Below the pieces are notes generated by a model. The model was not told the DNA's origin and ran no database searches. It worked only from the letters and a program-made list of their open reading frames with translations. From Erysipelotrichaceae bacterium (lineage in GTDB: Bacteria > Bacillota_I > Bacilli_A > Erysipelotrichales > Coprobacillaceae), in NCBI GenBank assembly GCA_018365815.1, contig JAGZJH010000001.1, positions 53,176-117,175 of the forward strand: a stretch of 64,000 bases of DNA. The letters are read 5' to 3'. This document shows positions 1 to 10,641 of the stretch, one piece after another. The position numbers and the translations under genes are program-made. Every line of letters begins with the position of its first letter. Positions within the stretch are counted from its first letter, which is position 1.

Positions 1-1964
1 GGAACTTGTGGCGGCATTATTGAAAAACTTCCTTTGATACTGAAATGAGGTAGTTTAATTTTAGGTAACGACCAACTGAAATTAAAAAAACTTTTCATTT
101 TGTCGATTGCGTTCCCAACGGTATTTTTTGCGTTATTAAATGAATCAGTGATTGTTCTTTCAATTCCTTTAAAAGTTGTAACTATTCCGTTCCACAACTC
201 TGTTCCCTTTTGTTTTACAGTATCCCAATTTTGATATAACAATACACCTGCAGTGACTATTCCTCCAATTGCGGCAGTTGCTATTCCAATTGGTGAGGTA
301 ATAAAAGTAAAAGCACCACCTAACAATGTTGTTGCCGTTGTAGCCACACCTGTTTTCAAAGCAACAATATCCATTACTCCATTATAAATACCTATCGCAA
401 TAGTAGCAGTTCCAAATGTTGCTGCACCTGCACCTATACCTAATGCCAAAGCACCTATGGCATCTTTATTATCGTTGACAAACCCTAAAAGACTGCCCAA
501 TGCCGGTAAAACATGCTCATTTACTACTCCAGTTACATCGATTTCAAATCCTCTCTTGAGAGTTTCTAATTGCGTTTTAAAATCGTTATACTGAATGCTA
601 TTGATTTGTTCCAAAGAATTTTTAGTCGCACTAATATTGTCATTTGCAGTTCCTAAACTAGTAATAACATCAACCCCCAAGTCTTCAAACATTGTTCCAA
701 ACAAATCAACACCAGCCGTGCTTTGCGCTAAAGGATCATTCATTCCTTTTAAGGCTTCTACTGTTTGATAAAATGCTTGTTTTGCAGTTTCGCCACCTTT
801 TGAAAACTTTTTAGACATTTCATCTGCATTAAGACCAATAAGTTTAAATCCCTCTTTGGTTGTGTCCGAACCATCAATAACTCTAATTGACAACTCCTTA
901 ACTGCATCACCAACTTTATCTAAATTAAATGCTCCTGCATCTGCACCTGATAAGAAAACTTGAAACATATTTTCTGCATCTAACCCCAATTTTTCAAACT
1001 GAGGTGAATATTCGATGATTGAATCCAATAATTCATCAGAATAATCTAATCCGTTTTGCGCACCTTGAGCGATTAAATTAAAAGCGGTATTTGCATCTAT
1101 CCCAAAAGCATTCATCATACTTTTTGCAGTTCTAACCGATTCTTTCACTTCATATCCAAATGTATCACGTAGCATTAATGCATTTTTTGTAACACTAGTC
1201 AGTTCTGTTTCATCTAAATCTTTCATTTGTTTTTTTACTTCCGAAAGTGAAATGGAAATATCATCAAACGATTCACCGAATCCATCTTCATAAATTGATG
1301 TAATCGCTTCTTTAAATTTTTTACTTGTTTCCGTTAATTCTAACGTTGTTCCATTATAAGCATTTGCCCCTTCGCTTAATGCTCCGGTCGAAGTAATCAA
1401 ACTATTAGTTGCTTTTTCTAAATCATTTGCGTTATTAAAAAGTAATTCACTTAATCCGCTAAATCCCTCTTTTATAACATCTGCAGATAATTCCGCTTTT
1501 AATATATCACCAAATAAAGAAGTCTTTTCACCGGTATTCTGCATTGTTTGGCTTAGTTCTTCCATTTCATTATCTAAGCCAGATACTTTACTTTTTTGTT
1601 CCTCGATTCGATTAGTTGTTGCTTTAATTTCATTTTGAATAGATGCTTGTTGATTTTTAGCGGTAATCAGCGAATTATTTAAATTGTAATATTCTTTTGA
1701 ATTTTTACCGAGTGTCTTTTCTGCTTCGGCTAATGCATTTTCAAGAGCAGTTATTTTTGAAGCACTATTTTGAGATTGTTGTTGTAACAAACTTTGTCTC
1801 TGTGTTAATAACTCAATACTTTCTGAATTTCCTTTTAATTCTGTTGAATTTAAACGCAATTCATTTGACAGTGTTTTATTGGCGGCGTTCATTGATTTTA
1901 CTTCATCAAGATAGGAATTAGCATTTGCTTTAAATTCTACTTGCGCTTGTGTTTTCTTTGCCAT
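1..1964 (-). CDS. Tail tape measure protein, N-terminal part (gene continues past the window start)
   Basis: Reverse-strand ATG at 1962-1964 with GAAAGG ribosome-binding site. Translation [22 protein letters not shown]... is coiled-coil rich, followed by Gly/Ala-rich hydrophobic segments. No stop before position 1. Sits immediately downstream of the chaperone frameshift pair. Confidence 0.8.
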   Translation of the reverse strand, partial: MAKKTQAQVEFKANANSYLDEVKSMNAANKTLSNELRLNSTELKGNSESIELLTQRQSLLQQQSQNSASKITALENALAEAEKTLGKNSKEYYNLNNSLITAKNQQASIQNEIKATTNRIEEQKSKVSGLDNEMEELSQTMQNTGEKTSLFGDILKAELSADVIKEGFSGLSELLFNNANDLEKATNSLITSTGALSEGANAYNGTTLELTETSKKFKEAITSIYEDGFGESFDDISISLSEVKKQMKDLDETELTSVTKNALMLRDTFGYEVKESVRTAKSMMNAFGIDANTAFNLIAQGAQNGLDYSDELLDSIIEYSPQFEKLGLDAENMFQVFLSGADAGAFNLDKVGDAVKELSIRVIDGSDTTKEGFKLIGLNADEMSKKFSKGGETAKQAFYQTVEALKGMNDPLAQSTAGVDLFGTMFEDLGVDVITSLGTANDNISATKNSLEQINSIQYNDFKTQLETLKRGFEIDVTGVVNEHVLPALGSLLGFVNDNKDAIGALALGIGAGAATFGTATIAIGIYNGVMDIVALKTGVATTATTLLGGAFTFITSPIGIATAAIGGIVTAGVLLYQNWDTVKQKGTELWNGIVTTFKGIERTITDSFNNAKNTVGNAIDKMKSFFNFSWSLPKIKLPHFSIKGSFSIMPPQV

Positions 1965-1966
1965 GT

Positions 1967-2496
1967 TTATTTATACCTTTCTGCCATTTTTTCTTTTGCA
2001 TAATTTAACCAACTATCATATGCTGATTTGTTTTCTGCTACAGATAAAACAAAAGAAAGATCCGCATTCCAAAATAAATGAGGATCAATCCCTAAAATTT
2101 CAACATAATACGTATAATAATCTTCAACATCTTCTAATTTAAATTTTGGTATTCTAATTTTAGAAGATATTTTTTTCTTAAAAGCTTTTCTAAATGCTAC
2201 TTTTTTTTAACACTAATTAAAGAAGTAACTGTTTGATTTAATTTTGCTAAATCAAACTCCAACAAATCAGCAAAACTATCGTAATCTAAAAGTGTCTCCT
2301 GATTATCTCCACAAAGGTAAGCAATATAAATAATTGTGACGTAATCAAAAACATCTTTTGCACCATTGTTGAAAATAAAATTAAATTTTTCATACTCTTC
2401 CTTTTTCGTTGATTTAAGTTGATACAATAGTTTAAAACTTAATTTTAGATTAACTGTTTTACCGTTATTTAATGGATAATTTATTACACTATTCAT
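1967..2496 (-). CDS. Tail assembly chaperone frameshift product (gpGT-like), -1 ribosomal frameshift at A AAA AAG (plus 2200-2206)
   Basis: The -1 frame stays open for 77 codons after the heptamer and ends at a TAA (1967-1969) that overlaps the tape measure ATG. Confidence 0.55.
2197..2496 (-). CDS. Tail assembly chaperone (gpG-like)
   Basis: 99-aa ORF between the major tail protein and tape measure genes; ends at a slippery A AAA AAG heptamer. Confidence 0.65.
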   Translation of the reverse strand: MNSVINYPLNNGKTVNLKLSFKLLYQLKSTKKEEYEKFNFIFNNGAKDVFDYVTIIYIAYLCGDNQETLLDYDSFADLLEFDLAKLNQTVTSLISVKKK

Positions 2497-2517
2497 AATA
2501 TTAATCCCTTTCTATAA

Positions 2518-3099
2518 TTATTCGTTTTCTCTTTTGACAAGTTCATATGAAAAACTTGTCATCCAATCTGTCACCAATTTTAGATCTTCTGGTTTTTTTT
2601 GATCAATTAACGCTTCATACATACATTGTTTGTTTTCATCCGAAGCCAATGCAATAGTCATTTCAAGTTCGGGAATTTCTTCAACCGTTGCATCAATTTT
2701 ACGAGCCGGTCCGGTTTTCATCGTACAGTTTGGATATGCTTTAAGTTTAATTTGATCATCCATATCTAATACTTTTTGCATGATTTTAAAAGTTGGCATA
2801 CTTGCATCACCAAAAGATGTAATATTATCTTTTAGTTTTTTATTGATCATCCCATAAATTTTATTGTAAACATCAACCGGCACATGAGCAGTAATTTTTA
2901 ACTCACCAGTACCGGCTTGTTTTGTGTAACTTCTAGTTACTACACCTTTACATTTTTTTGAAATATTTTTAACATCTAGCGATTCTTCACTTGTTCCAAC
3001 ACAACCAAATGGAATGGCAGTTATTTCACCTGCTAAAATAATAGACATCTCATCTACTTGATATTCTGAAAATTCTTTTTCCATGTTATTCCTCCTCAA
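2518..3099 (-). CDS. Major tail protein
   Basis: 193-aa ORF directly upstream of the chaperone pair; size and position are typical of siphovirus major tail proteins. Confidence 0.55.
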   Translation of the reverse strand: MRRNNMEKEFSEYQVDEMSIILAGEITAIPFGCVGTSEESLDVKNISKKCKGVVTRSYTKQAGTGELKITAHVPVDVYNKIYGMINKKLKDNITSFGDASMPTFKIMQKVLDMDDQIKLKAYPNCTMKTGPARKIDATVEEIPELEMTIALASDENKQCMYEALIDQKKPEDLKLVTDWMTSFSYELVKRENE

Positions 3100-3493
3100 T
3101 CGCTTCTTTTAACGAAATTAATAACCCCTCAATAATCTCATCATGAACAATATCTAATCCTTTTTCCATAAATTCTTGAGGATCATTATTTTTTGAAGTT
3201 CCAATTCCTAAATCAGGAAACACTAAATAGTTATATTTTGATTTACTTTTAACTTTAAAACCTAAATTTGGATAGTCTGTCTCAAAAGGATTACTGTTTT
3301 TTGCTGCCTTTGTCTTTCCTTTCCACGTTCGTCCACTAGATGGTAAAATATCCATAATACTTTCAATTGTCATTGAGGAAGCATAATTTTTAAAATAATT
3401 ATTAATTAATGCTTCCGAACGATCAGGTAATTGGGCAATATGTTTAATTAATTCTTTAATTTCTTTATCTTCTAAGGCTATTACATCTGACAT
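3086..3493 (-). CDS. Tail completion / head-tail joining protein
   Basis: Position between the connector genes and the major tail protein gene; 135 aa. Confidence 0.35.
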   Translation of the reverse strand: MSDVIALEDKEIKELIKHIAQLPDRSEALINNYFKNYASSMTIESIMDILPSSGRTWKGKTKAAKNSNPFETDYPNLGFKVKSKSKYNYLVFPDLGIGTSKNNDPQEFMEKGLDIVHDEIIEGLLISLKEAIEEE

Positions 3494-3912
3494 TTATCTA
3501 TCCACACGAAAGTCAATGTTAAGGTTTCTATAACATCTTTCGATTCTCCGCGTCTTAGATAGTAAAATGGCATTTCATTATCTAACAATTTTAATTTTGT
3601 GTCTTCTGTTACCTTTTTTATAATCTTCTCTGCTAATCCCTCTTGAATATAATTTTCTTGGCAAATCGTTACTTCGTATTGAGTGATATAATCTTTGTTC
3701 TTTTTTCTAAAAGACGAACGTTTATAAATAATGATGTTCCAATCGTTTTCAGGATCAAAACATTTTCCATAACAGACTTTGTAATTAAAAGTCTCTAACG
3801 AGTTCCGAAGTTTATTCAATATCGACATGACGATTTCCTCCTTTGTAAGCACATAAATATAAATAAATTTCATTGTCTGTTGGATCAGCGTGTAATATAT
3901 TGTATAAAGCAT
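3481..3912 (-). CDS. Head-tail adaptor protein (probable true start near 3828)
   Basis: Position in the head-tail connector module. Confidence 0.3.
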   Translation of the reverse strand: MLYTIYYTLIQQTMKFIYIYVLTKEEIVMSILNKLRNSLETFNYKVCYGKCFDPENDWNIIIYKRSSFRKKNKDYITQYEVTICQENYIQEGLAEKIIKKVTEDTKLKLLDNEMPFYYLRRGESKDVIETLTLTFVWIDKCQM

Positions 3913-4195
3913 TAGTTTTGTTGATTTGAATATAATAATTACTTTCTAAATCAATATTGAAAAATGGTATGACAATCTTTTTTTCAATTTTCTTTTCAAA
4001 GATGTTTTCCATTTCTAAATCACTAATTCTAATCGTCTTCTTATCGAAAGGTGCTTTTGCCACTAATGTAAATTTTGTAGGGTTTTCCTTTGCGTTAAAA
4101 TCGGATATTTTCTTTTTTTCTTTTAAAAAATAAATAAAACCGTCACGATACCTTTGCTTTTGTTTCTTTTTCATGTTCGGACACCTCATATTCAA
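3812..4195 (-). CDS. Head closure / head-tail joining protein
   Basis: Basic 127-aa protein in the connector module. Confidence 0.3.
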   Translation of the reverse strand: MNMRCPNMKKKQKQRYRDGFIYFLKEKKKISDFNAKENPTKFTLVAKAPFDKKTIRISDLEMENIFEKKIEKKIVIPFFNIDLESNYYIQINKTNALYNILHADPTDNEIYLYLCAYKGGNRHVDIE

Positions 4196-4463
4196 AACGT
4201 AATTGTATAATTTCGCTTAAATAATTACGCTCAAAATCCTCATATTGGTCGAAATATTTATACTTACAATGTGCTAAAAAAACATCTTGCGCAGTTCCGG
4301 CTATTTCTATATCGACGTCTCCAAAATGCTTTTTCATATATTCGATTCCACCGTCATAAATATTTTCAAGTCTTGAATTTGTGCTATCATCGTCCCACGA
4401 AATTCCACATTCTAATTTAATTCTTTGAAGCATTTCTTCTTTCATAAATTTCCTCCAAGGCAA
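4143..4463 (-). CDS. Head-tail connector protein (gp6-like, Phage_connect_1-type)
   Basis: 106-aa protein immediately downstream of the major capsid gene; motif LQRIKLECGISWDDDS typical of connector or DNA-packaging gp6 proteins. Confidence 0.45.
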   Translation of the reverse strand: MPWRKFMKEEMLQRIKLECGISWDDDSTNSRLENIYDGGIEYMKKHFGDVDIEIAGTAQDVFLAHCKYKYFDQYEDFERNYLSEIIQLRFEYEVSEHEKETKAKVS

Positions 4464-4492
4464 AAAAAGGAACTTTCGTTCCTTTTCTTAAA

Positions 4493-5698
4493 TTATTCTT
4501 TCGCTTCTCTAGCAGCATCATTTAAAAGTTTAACAACTGTGTATAATTCTTCCATTTCGGAAATATCTAATAAAATTGAACATGTATTGTCTCTTGGCAT
4601 TCCATTACCATGTAGTTTAATTTTATATGCTCGTTTATCTTCTAGGAATTTGACTTCATCCGAATGTTGAATTTGTCCATCTTTTGATGAAGATCCTAAT
4701 CCGAAAAAATATTCTTTTGGTAAAGTTAAAATTGCTTCACCATCTGCCAATTCATTTGAGATGCATATTGTAGTTGGGAATGGGAAAACATCTCTTACAT
4801 ATTCACGATTTGAAGTTTCGGCAGTTGTAGCAGGCATGATTTTAGTTAAATAATCAGTCATATTACAAATTAACAATACACTATTAAATTTTCTTTTTTT
4901 ACCGCTTTCTGTTTTTGCCATCGATGATAAAACTGTACCATATTCTTTTGGTCGAAAACTTTTTAATTTGACTTTTTGCTTATCTGGATAACCACTTTCA
5001 TCATTAAATTTTCCTTTGGCAATATCTTTTCGCATTCCAACTGGCCCTTTTAATCCATTACCACCGATAATTTCCTTTTCAATACCTCCTTGTAATGAAT
5101 CTTTTAAAACCGTTCTCACATAAACATCAACCCATTCAGGTCCTAATTCAAGCATCGACATATCCATTAAGAAAAATGCAGTTAATTTATGTTGATTTAA
5201 CTTAATTTCTTTAAATGCTGAAGTAATTTCTTTTGTAATACCTTCTGTTAAATTACCCCAAATAGCAGTTTGAGTGGTATGATCGTTTAAAATCCAACGA
5301 GTTGCATATGAAGTAGGGGTGAAATCAATATAGTTTAATAAATCATGCTCTTCTGTTAAATCACGATAAACATCTGTGATAATTGTTTCAGGCATTGCTA
5401 CATCGATTTTATTAATTGCTTGTTTAAAATCAGAACTTTTCGAAGCATCAATTAATAACTGATAATATTTCTTTTCTGATGATGTTAATTGTCTAACATC
5501 ACGATTTTGTAAAATAGTGGCATCATTTGTTGCGATATATTGTTCATATTCATTACGTAAACTTTGTTGTAATCCTGTATGATATTGCATAAATGCTTCA
5601 CCATAGGATTTAGGATCATTTTGTTCAAGTGCATCTTTCATTTTTTGCATTAATTCTTCATTTTCTTTATTTTTTAAATCAATTGATTGTACGCTCAT
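4493..5698 (-). CDS. Major capsid protein, HK97 family
   Basis: 401 aa, directly after the prohead protease gene and before the connector genes. Confidence 0.8.
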   Translation of the reverse strand: MSVQSIDLKNKENEELMQKMKDALEQNDPKSYGEAFMQYHTGLQQSLRNEYEQYIATNDATILQNRDVRQLTSSEKKYYQLLIDASKSSDFKQAINKIDVAMPETIITDVYRDLTEEHDLLNYIDFTPTSYATRWILNDHTTQTAIWGNLTEGITKEITSAFKEIKLNQHKLTAFFLMDMSMLELGPEWVDVYVRTVLKDSLQGGIEKEIIGGNGLKGPVGMRKDIAKGKFNDESGYPDKQKVKLKSFRPKEYGTVLSSMAKTESGKKRKFNSVLLICNMTDYLTKIMPATTAETSNREYVRDVFPFPTTICISNELADGEAILTLPKEYFFGLGSSSKDGQIQHSDEVKFLEDKRAYKIKLHGNGMPRDNTCSILLDISEMEELYTVVKLLNDAAREAKE

Positions 5699-6492
5699 TA
5701 GTTATCCTCCGTTTTTTCTTTATTAAATGATTGCATAAAAAAAGATGATAAACTTTCTTTTGACTTTTCATCTTTCTTCTTAATACGTTGTTGATCTAAT
5801 TGTTGAATAGATTGATGAATTACTTTTTGTCGTGCTAATTGCATTTTTAATGAATTTGTGCGTTGTTGTGCAAGTTCTAACATTGTTTCTTCATTTGTTT
5901 CCCCATAAATTTCATCGCAAAGTCCGATTTCCAAGCAATCTTTTGCAGTTAAATATTCTTCATTTTCCAACATTTCAATCAGTTTTTCTTCTGTTAAATT
6001 TTTACATTTTTTGAGATATAACGTTCGGTTTCCCTCCATCATTTTATCTAAATCATCAGCATTTTTTCTTAATTCTTTCGCATTACCACAGCATGCTGTC
6101 CACATATTATGAATCATTGCCATTGATTGCGATGTCATAATTACTTTGTCAGAAACACATAAAAGCAATGATGCTGCACTTGCGGCAAAACCATCAACGT
6201 GTGAAATAATTTTTGCAGAATGTCTTTCTAATTGTGAACAAATACCATATGCCTCATAAACATCGCCGCCATTAGAATTAATATACAAATGAATTTCATC
6301 AACATTTGGATATTTATCTAATTCTTCTTTGAAATATTTACTCGAAGTTTCACTTGTGACTTTTCCGTCCCACCAATTATAACTATCGCCTTGAATATCA
6401 TCATAAATATACATCTCTAATGATTTAATGCTTTCGTTATACTGCTTTAGTTTATACTTCATCATTCTCACCTCCTTTCGTAAAAGTTTCAT
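5698..6492 (-). CDS. Prohead serine protease, ClpP-like (S14)
   Basis: ClpP-like motifs SNGGDV, GFAASAASLL, MIHN; sits between the portal and capsid genes. Confidence 0.8.
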   Translation of the reverse strand: MKLLRKEVRMMKYKLKQYNESIKSLEMYIYDDIQGDSYNWWDGKVTSETSSKYFKEELDKYPNVDEIHLYINSNGGDVYEAYGICSQLERHSAKIISHVDGFAASAASLLLCVSDKVIMTSQSMAMIHNMWTACCGNAKELRKNADDLDKMMEGNRTLYLKKCKNLTEEKLIEMLENEEYLTAKDCLEIGLCDEIYGETNEETMLELAQQRTNSLKMQLARQKVIHQSIQQLDQQRIKKKDEKSKESLSSFFMQSFNKEKTEDN

Positions 6493-7666
6493 TATCTAAA
6501 TGAATATCTTTCACATCTAAATCTTTTAGTAATTCGTCAATTGTTCCATAATTTTTAGTCATATAGTGTTTTTTGCTCCATTCTGTATCTAATGGCTTTT
6601 CGCCAATTTTCTCTCTAACTTCATCAATACAATACACACCACTACCTAAAATCTTATCAATCGCATTTGCCATTTCTAAAATAGAAATAAATTTAACTTT
6701 TGAATAATCAATATCAATGTAACTTCCTTTTAAAAATGAACTTTTTCCAAATGTCTTATAAGTTAATTCTTCACTAATATGCTTTGCAATTGGTTTGAAA
6801 GCAAAAGTTAATGTGTTATTAATGACTGTATCATCAAGTGAAGCAGTATCACCAAACATAAAACTTGATGGGATATTGTAGGTTTCACCAACAAGAGAAA
6901 AAATATCTTTGCGAAGTTCTCTAAAATCAGTAGTTCCGCTTCCTTTTTGATCGCCTTTATCTCTTTCAAATTTATAACCTTCATAAACTGGCAAGACTGT
7001 TTTACCGTGTTTTAAAAATGTTTTTAATTTATCGCCGGTCATTTCTTTAAACTGTTTTTGAAATTTTGGACTTCCATATGCAGTAGTAGAAATATTTAAG
7101 AAAAAGTGATCATCTGCATTTTTAAGATAACTTTCTTTAGAAGCGCTTAATAGATCACCATAACTTTGATATACTCCATCAATAAATCTTTTAATATTTT
7201 CATCATCTAACGATAAATAAAAAACTTCACTTTCTTTAAATACCCGATTAAAAGTAATATCGCCAACTGCCACACTCGTATATGTGTTTTCATACAAAGT
7301 ATATTCATTTCTAAAAAAACTATCTGCGACATACAAATGTTCATTTGGGGATATAATCAAAACTTCGTTATCATTAATCAATTTAGTAATGATCCGTTTT
7401 CTAAAACTTGCACTACTTTGATTTTGATTAGGGCGAACATTCCATCGATAATAATCTTCATTCTTAACTTCTATACCATCAATATAAGTTTTAAATTCGC
7501 AAAGAGATAAAATACCTCCAATAATCTTGATTACTTTTAAAACAGCCAATTCTTTAAAATAAACTTCCGAATAAACTCTTGTAATTGATGCATCATTCAA
7601 TGAGAGTTTTCCATCTTCCCAAAAAAAATTATTGAGCCAATTAACAATAGATTTTCTTATATGCAA
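6452..7666 (-). CDS. Portal protein
   Basis: 404 aa, directly downstream of the terminase large subunit gene (HK97-type order). Confidence 0.75.
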   Translation of the reverse strand: MHIRKSIVNWLNNFFWEDGKLSLNDASITRVYSEVYFKELAVLKVIKIIGGILSLCEFKTYIDGIEVKNEDYYRWNVRPNQNQSSASFRKRIITKLINDNEVLIISPNEHLYVADSFFRNEYTLYENTYTSVAVGDITFNRVFKESEVFYLSLDDENIKRFIDGVYQSYGDLLSASKESYLKNADDHFFLNISTTAYGSPKFQKQFKEMTGDKLKTFLKHGKTVLPVYEGYKFERDKGDQKGSGTTDFRELRKDIFSLVGETYNIPSSFMFGDTASLDDTVINNTLTFAFKPIAKHISEELTYKTFGKSSFLKGSYIDIDYSKVKFISILEMANAIDKILGSGVYCIDEVREKIGEKPLDTEWSKKHYMTKNYGTIDELLKDLDVKDIHLDNETFTKGGENDEV

Positions 7667-7681
7667 TTTTTCACCCCCTTT

Positions 7682-9355
7682 CTAAATAACAATGACATCA
7701 ATATCTGGGTAATCACAATATTCAGGCAAATCACCATTACAAATAGCAGCCGCAACAAAAGCCATAAACCCATCTGTTTTACGTGATTTTGGTTCGATTT
7801 TATCATATTCAAAATTCCCTTTATTTACAGGAACAGTCTTTGTGTTGTTTGTAAACCATTTCATTAAAAAATTATCACCCCAACGAATTGACCCGTTGTT
7901 AAACCACGATTCAATTACCGGGACAATTTCCATTATATCGCTTGGTCTAACTAATTTTACTCTCGTTCGATCTAAAGGATTAAAGCCTATCTTTTTTAAG
8001 TATTTAGAAAATAAAGAATATCTATATTTATCCAAACAAACTTTTTTAATGTCATAATATTGCGCTTGTTCTTCTAACCAATCTGTAACGTGTGATGGAT
8101 TGATTTCTATATCATCAACAATCGTTAATAAGCCTTCATCAACTGCTCTTTTTAAATCTATTTTTATGCGTGCTTTATCTTTGGATTGTGAACAGAACCA
8201 TGCATGTGATTTCCAATAGATCATATCGTCTTTTTTAAATAATAAGCCTGCAACAACAAAGTCACTGATTAAAGCATAATCAATTCCGGCAATACAAGGC
8301 ATACCCGTTAAATCGATTAATGGTTTATTTGCTCTTAAAATATTGTCCCAAGAAGTCACTGCTTGTTCTACCGCCTCTTTAATCAAGTTCATTCTTTTTA
8401 CAATGAATGCCCTAGATGTATTTGGGTGTTTGAGATACTTTTGATACTCTTTTCGCATCGTTTCAAGCAATGTTGGACGGTATCTTAATGATGGATTGGC
8501 TTTATTCCATTTTGATTCATCATGGATCTCTTTTTCATCATCTAACATGCACATAAACACTAATGTGCCATTATCAGGCTGCTTAAATCTTAATATATCT
8601 TTTGCATCACGAACATCATCATCAAGTGGTCCATCACGGACATCGCCTTGCGTTGAAATTGATGTCGTGCGAGGATGTTCGATTTTACCAAGACCAGTAT
8701 TCGCAACATCAATTAATTCCCAATTTTGATATGCATGCTTTTCATCAAAATCATTTTTCCCCGGTCTTCCGCCGTCTTTAGTATCCGCATTTCTAGTACG
8801 ATAACGAATAGTTGATTTTGTTTTTAAATTAGTGATTTCTTCTTTGTTCCAATAAAAAAATTTGCGCATGATTTTTTGATTATTTTCTAAAACGTTATAT
8901 ATTTCATTAAATGATGTTTTGGCTTGGTCCTCACTAGTTGCATAAATATCAATATTGTAATTTTGAATACCATGTGTTTCAGTGAGTAAACAAAAATCTT
9001 CAAATGATAAATATCCATTTTTTCCCGCGCCACGACCTACTAAAACAAATAAATCAGGAAATCGTGGAAAGCCATCTTTTCTAAAAACACAATTATGTAA
9101 AACAAAGCAAAATTTTTCCCATTCAAGCAAATTAAAAGGGAAATATTTTTGATATGAAAAATATTTTTCTATTTGATTTTCATCCCAAAACAATGTCTCA
9201 TTTTTAAACACATGAATAATAAAGTCGTAAAGTTTATGCTGCCATTTGCAGTGTTCCTCAGGATGCGTCTTAATAAAAATTAAATATATTGCAACGTCTC
9301 TTGGCAATTTTGGAAGTTCATTTAAAAAATCATAACTCAATGAGATCACCGGCAT
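7682..9355 (-). CDS. terL: Terminase large subunit
   Basis: Walker A VGRGAGKNGY; 557 aa; downstream of the terminase small subunit gene. Confidence 0.9.
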   Translation of the reverse strand: MPVISLSYDFLNELPKLPRDVAIYLIFIKTHPEEHCKWQHKLYDFIIHVFKNETLFWDENQIEKYFSYQKYFPFNLLEWEKFCFVLHNCVFRKDGFPRFPDLFVLVGRGAGKNGYLSFEDFCLLTETHGIQNYNIDIYATSEDQAKTSFNEIYNVLENNQKIMRKFFYWNKEEITNLKTKSTIRYRTRNADTKDGGRPGKNDFDEKHAYQNWELIDVANTGLGKIEHPRTTSISTQGDVRDGPLDDDVRDAKDILRFKQPDNGTLVFMCMLDDEKEIHDESKWNKANPSLRYRPTLLETMRKEYQKYLKHPNTSRAFIVKRMNLIKEAVEQAVTSWDNILRANKPLIDLTGMPCIAGIDYALISDFVVAGLLFKKDDMIYWKSHAWFCSQSKDKARIKIDLKRAVDEGLLTIVDDIEINPSHVTDWLEEQAQYYDIKKVCLDKYRYSLFSKYLKKIGFNPLDRTRVKLVRPSDIMEIVPVIESWFNNGSIRWGDNFLMKWFTNNTKTVPVNKGNFEYDKIEPKSRKTDGFMAFVAAAICNGDLPEYCDYPDIDVIVI

Positions 9356-9653
9356 TAAATTCGATATTTAAATGCTGCAATATTTTCAACATTTGAGCAT
9401 TTACTTTTACTAATTCAGCAATCGAATCATTTTTCTTAATAATGCTCTGTCCTTTTGCATTATAACTTTCGACGGATACACCTCTTTTTTCAATGTCTTC
9501 TTGCAACATTTCTTTAGTCAACCAAAATGACATATAATCTTCCACTAGGTCTAAATTCTGTTTAGAATTCTTTTGTGAAAACTCTAGTTGCTCTCTTAAA
9601 CCATCTCTTAATTCTTTGTATTTTTTAGTACGCTTAGTATTTTTCACTTCCAT
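9330..9653 (-). CDS. terS: Terminase small subunit (P27 family-like)
   Basis: 107 aa, directly upstream of and overlapping the terminase large subunit gene. Confidence 0.7.
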   Translation of the reverse strand: MEVKNTKRTKKYKELRDGLREQLEFSQKNSKQNLDLVEDYMSFWLTKEMLQEDIEKRGVSVESYNAKGQSIIKKNDSIAELVKVNAQMLKILQHLNIEFNAGDLIEL

Positions 9654-9655
9654 TT

Positions 9656-9853
9656 TTACACCTCACCTAATTTCTTTTTTATTCTATTTAAAACCTTATT
9701 TGCTTTAGTTTGAGGTGCTTTAATTAAATAAAAGTAGGGTTCTTGACGTTCAAGAGAACAAAAAATACATTTGTAAATAATTGTTTTTTTCATTACAAAT
9801 GTATCTACTTTTTTATATTTAATTTTTTTAGTAACCCAACCATGATAGCACAA
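9656..9853 (-). CDS. Hypothetical phage protein
   Basis: ORF only. Confidence 0.3.
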   Translation of the reverse strand: MCYHGWVTKKIKYKKVDTFVMKKTIIYKCIFCSLERQEPYFYLIKAPQTKANKVLNRIKKKLGEV

Positions 9854-9904
9854 AATAAAACACCTACCTTAATAACTTGTGTGTATGCGTGAGAAATCGA
9901 AACT

Positions 9905-9972
9905 GTTCGGTATCCCCCTCCGTTGAAACGCCCCCTTTTTAAAATCAATTTTATTTTGACGGGGGGTTATAA
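9905..9972. other. Candidate cos site: C5/G6 tracts around an AT-rich core, between the HNH and terminase small subunit genes
   Basis: CCCCCTCCGTTGAAACGCCCCC ... GACGGGGGG in an otherwise roughly 28% GC region; position matches cos sites of HNH-dependent HK97-like phages. Confidence 0.4.
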
Positions 9973-10269
9973 TTTGGAGTATTCATTTACATATTTCAAT
10001 AAATTATCTATTGTTTCTTTTGGAATGAAATAGTATTGTTCAATTGTTTTATAATTTTTTTCATTTATCTTATCAATTACTTCATTTGATTTTATAGAAC
10101 GACAATGATTAACTTCTACGATGTATCTTATCTTGCCATACAGTTCATAAACCATTTGGTTAATCTTTTTAAGTTTCACTCGTTCATTCATTGTCTTTGT
10201 TTCTTTAGAATTAAGGAAGATTGCTTCTTGTATTAATTGATCTATCATTTGTTCACCATCTTTCCTCAT
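9967..10269 (-). CDS. Hypothetical phage protein
   Basis: ORF only. Confidence 0.3.
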   Translation of the reverse strand: MRKDGEQMIDQLIQEAIFLNSKETKTMNERVKLKKINQMVYELYGKIRYIVEVNHCRSIKSNEVIDKINEKNYKTIEQYYFIPKETIDNLLKYVNEYSKL

Positions 10270-10633
10270 TCATAAATTTATGACTATCTAATTGTTTCTT
10301 ACGTCTTGCTTTGATTAATTTTTCCGGATGAAGCATAGCATGGCATTTTGGACATACTGCTATTAAATTACGATATTTCTTTCCATTATGATAATAATAT
10401 CTGTCTAATGCCAATCGTGGATATTTTCTTACAAACTGAACATGATGAACAGTGTTTGCTTTCGGCTCTTTGCAAATCTCACATTCGTAATGTTGTTCTT
10501 TTAATATGTCATCTTTAAGATGTCTAAATTCTTTGCCTTTATAAAATCGCCACAGTTCATCTTTATCTATTAATTCTTTAATCCATTTCTCTAACGCATC
10601 TTTTGTCATTGTAAAATAAAAACACAATCTCAT
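10253..10633 (-). CDS. HNH endonuclease (packaging-associated)
   Basis: Motifs CEICKE...VHHV...CPKCHAMLH; lies next to the terminase small subunit gene. Confidence 0.8.
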   Translation of the reverse strand: MRLCFYFTMTKDALEKWIKELIDKDELWRFYKGKEFRHLKDDILKEQHYECEICKEPKANTVHHVQFVRKYPRLALDRYYYHNGKKYRNLIAVCPKCHAMLHPEKLIKARRKKQLDSHKFMNEERW

Positions 10634-10641
10634 TGATTGTG

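Noticed and set aside
1697-1921. 74-aa plus-strand ORF
   Set aside because: It is antisense inside the tape measure gene, with a low-complexity translation. It is spurious.
4425-8729. Plus-strand ORFs 4425-4670, 5832-6014, 7842-8057 and 8496-8729
   Set aside because: All lie antisense within the capsid, protease, and terminase large subunit genes and lack ribosome-binding sites.
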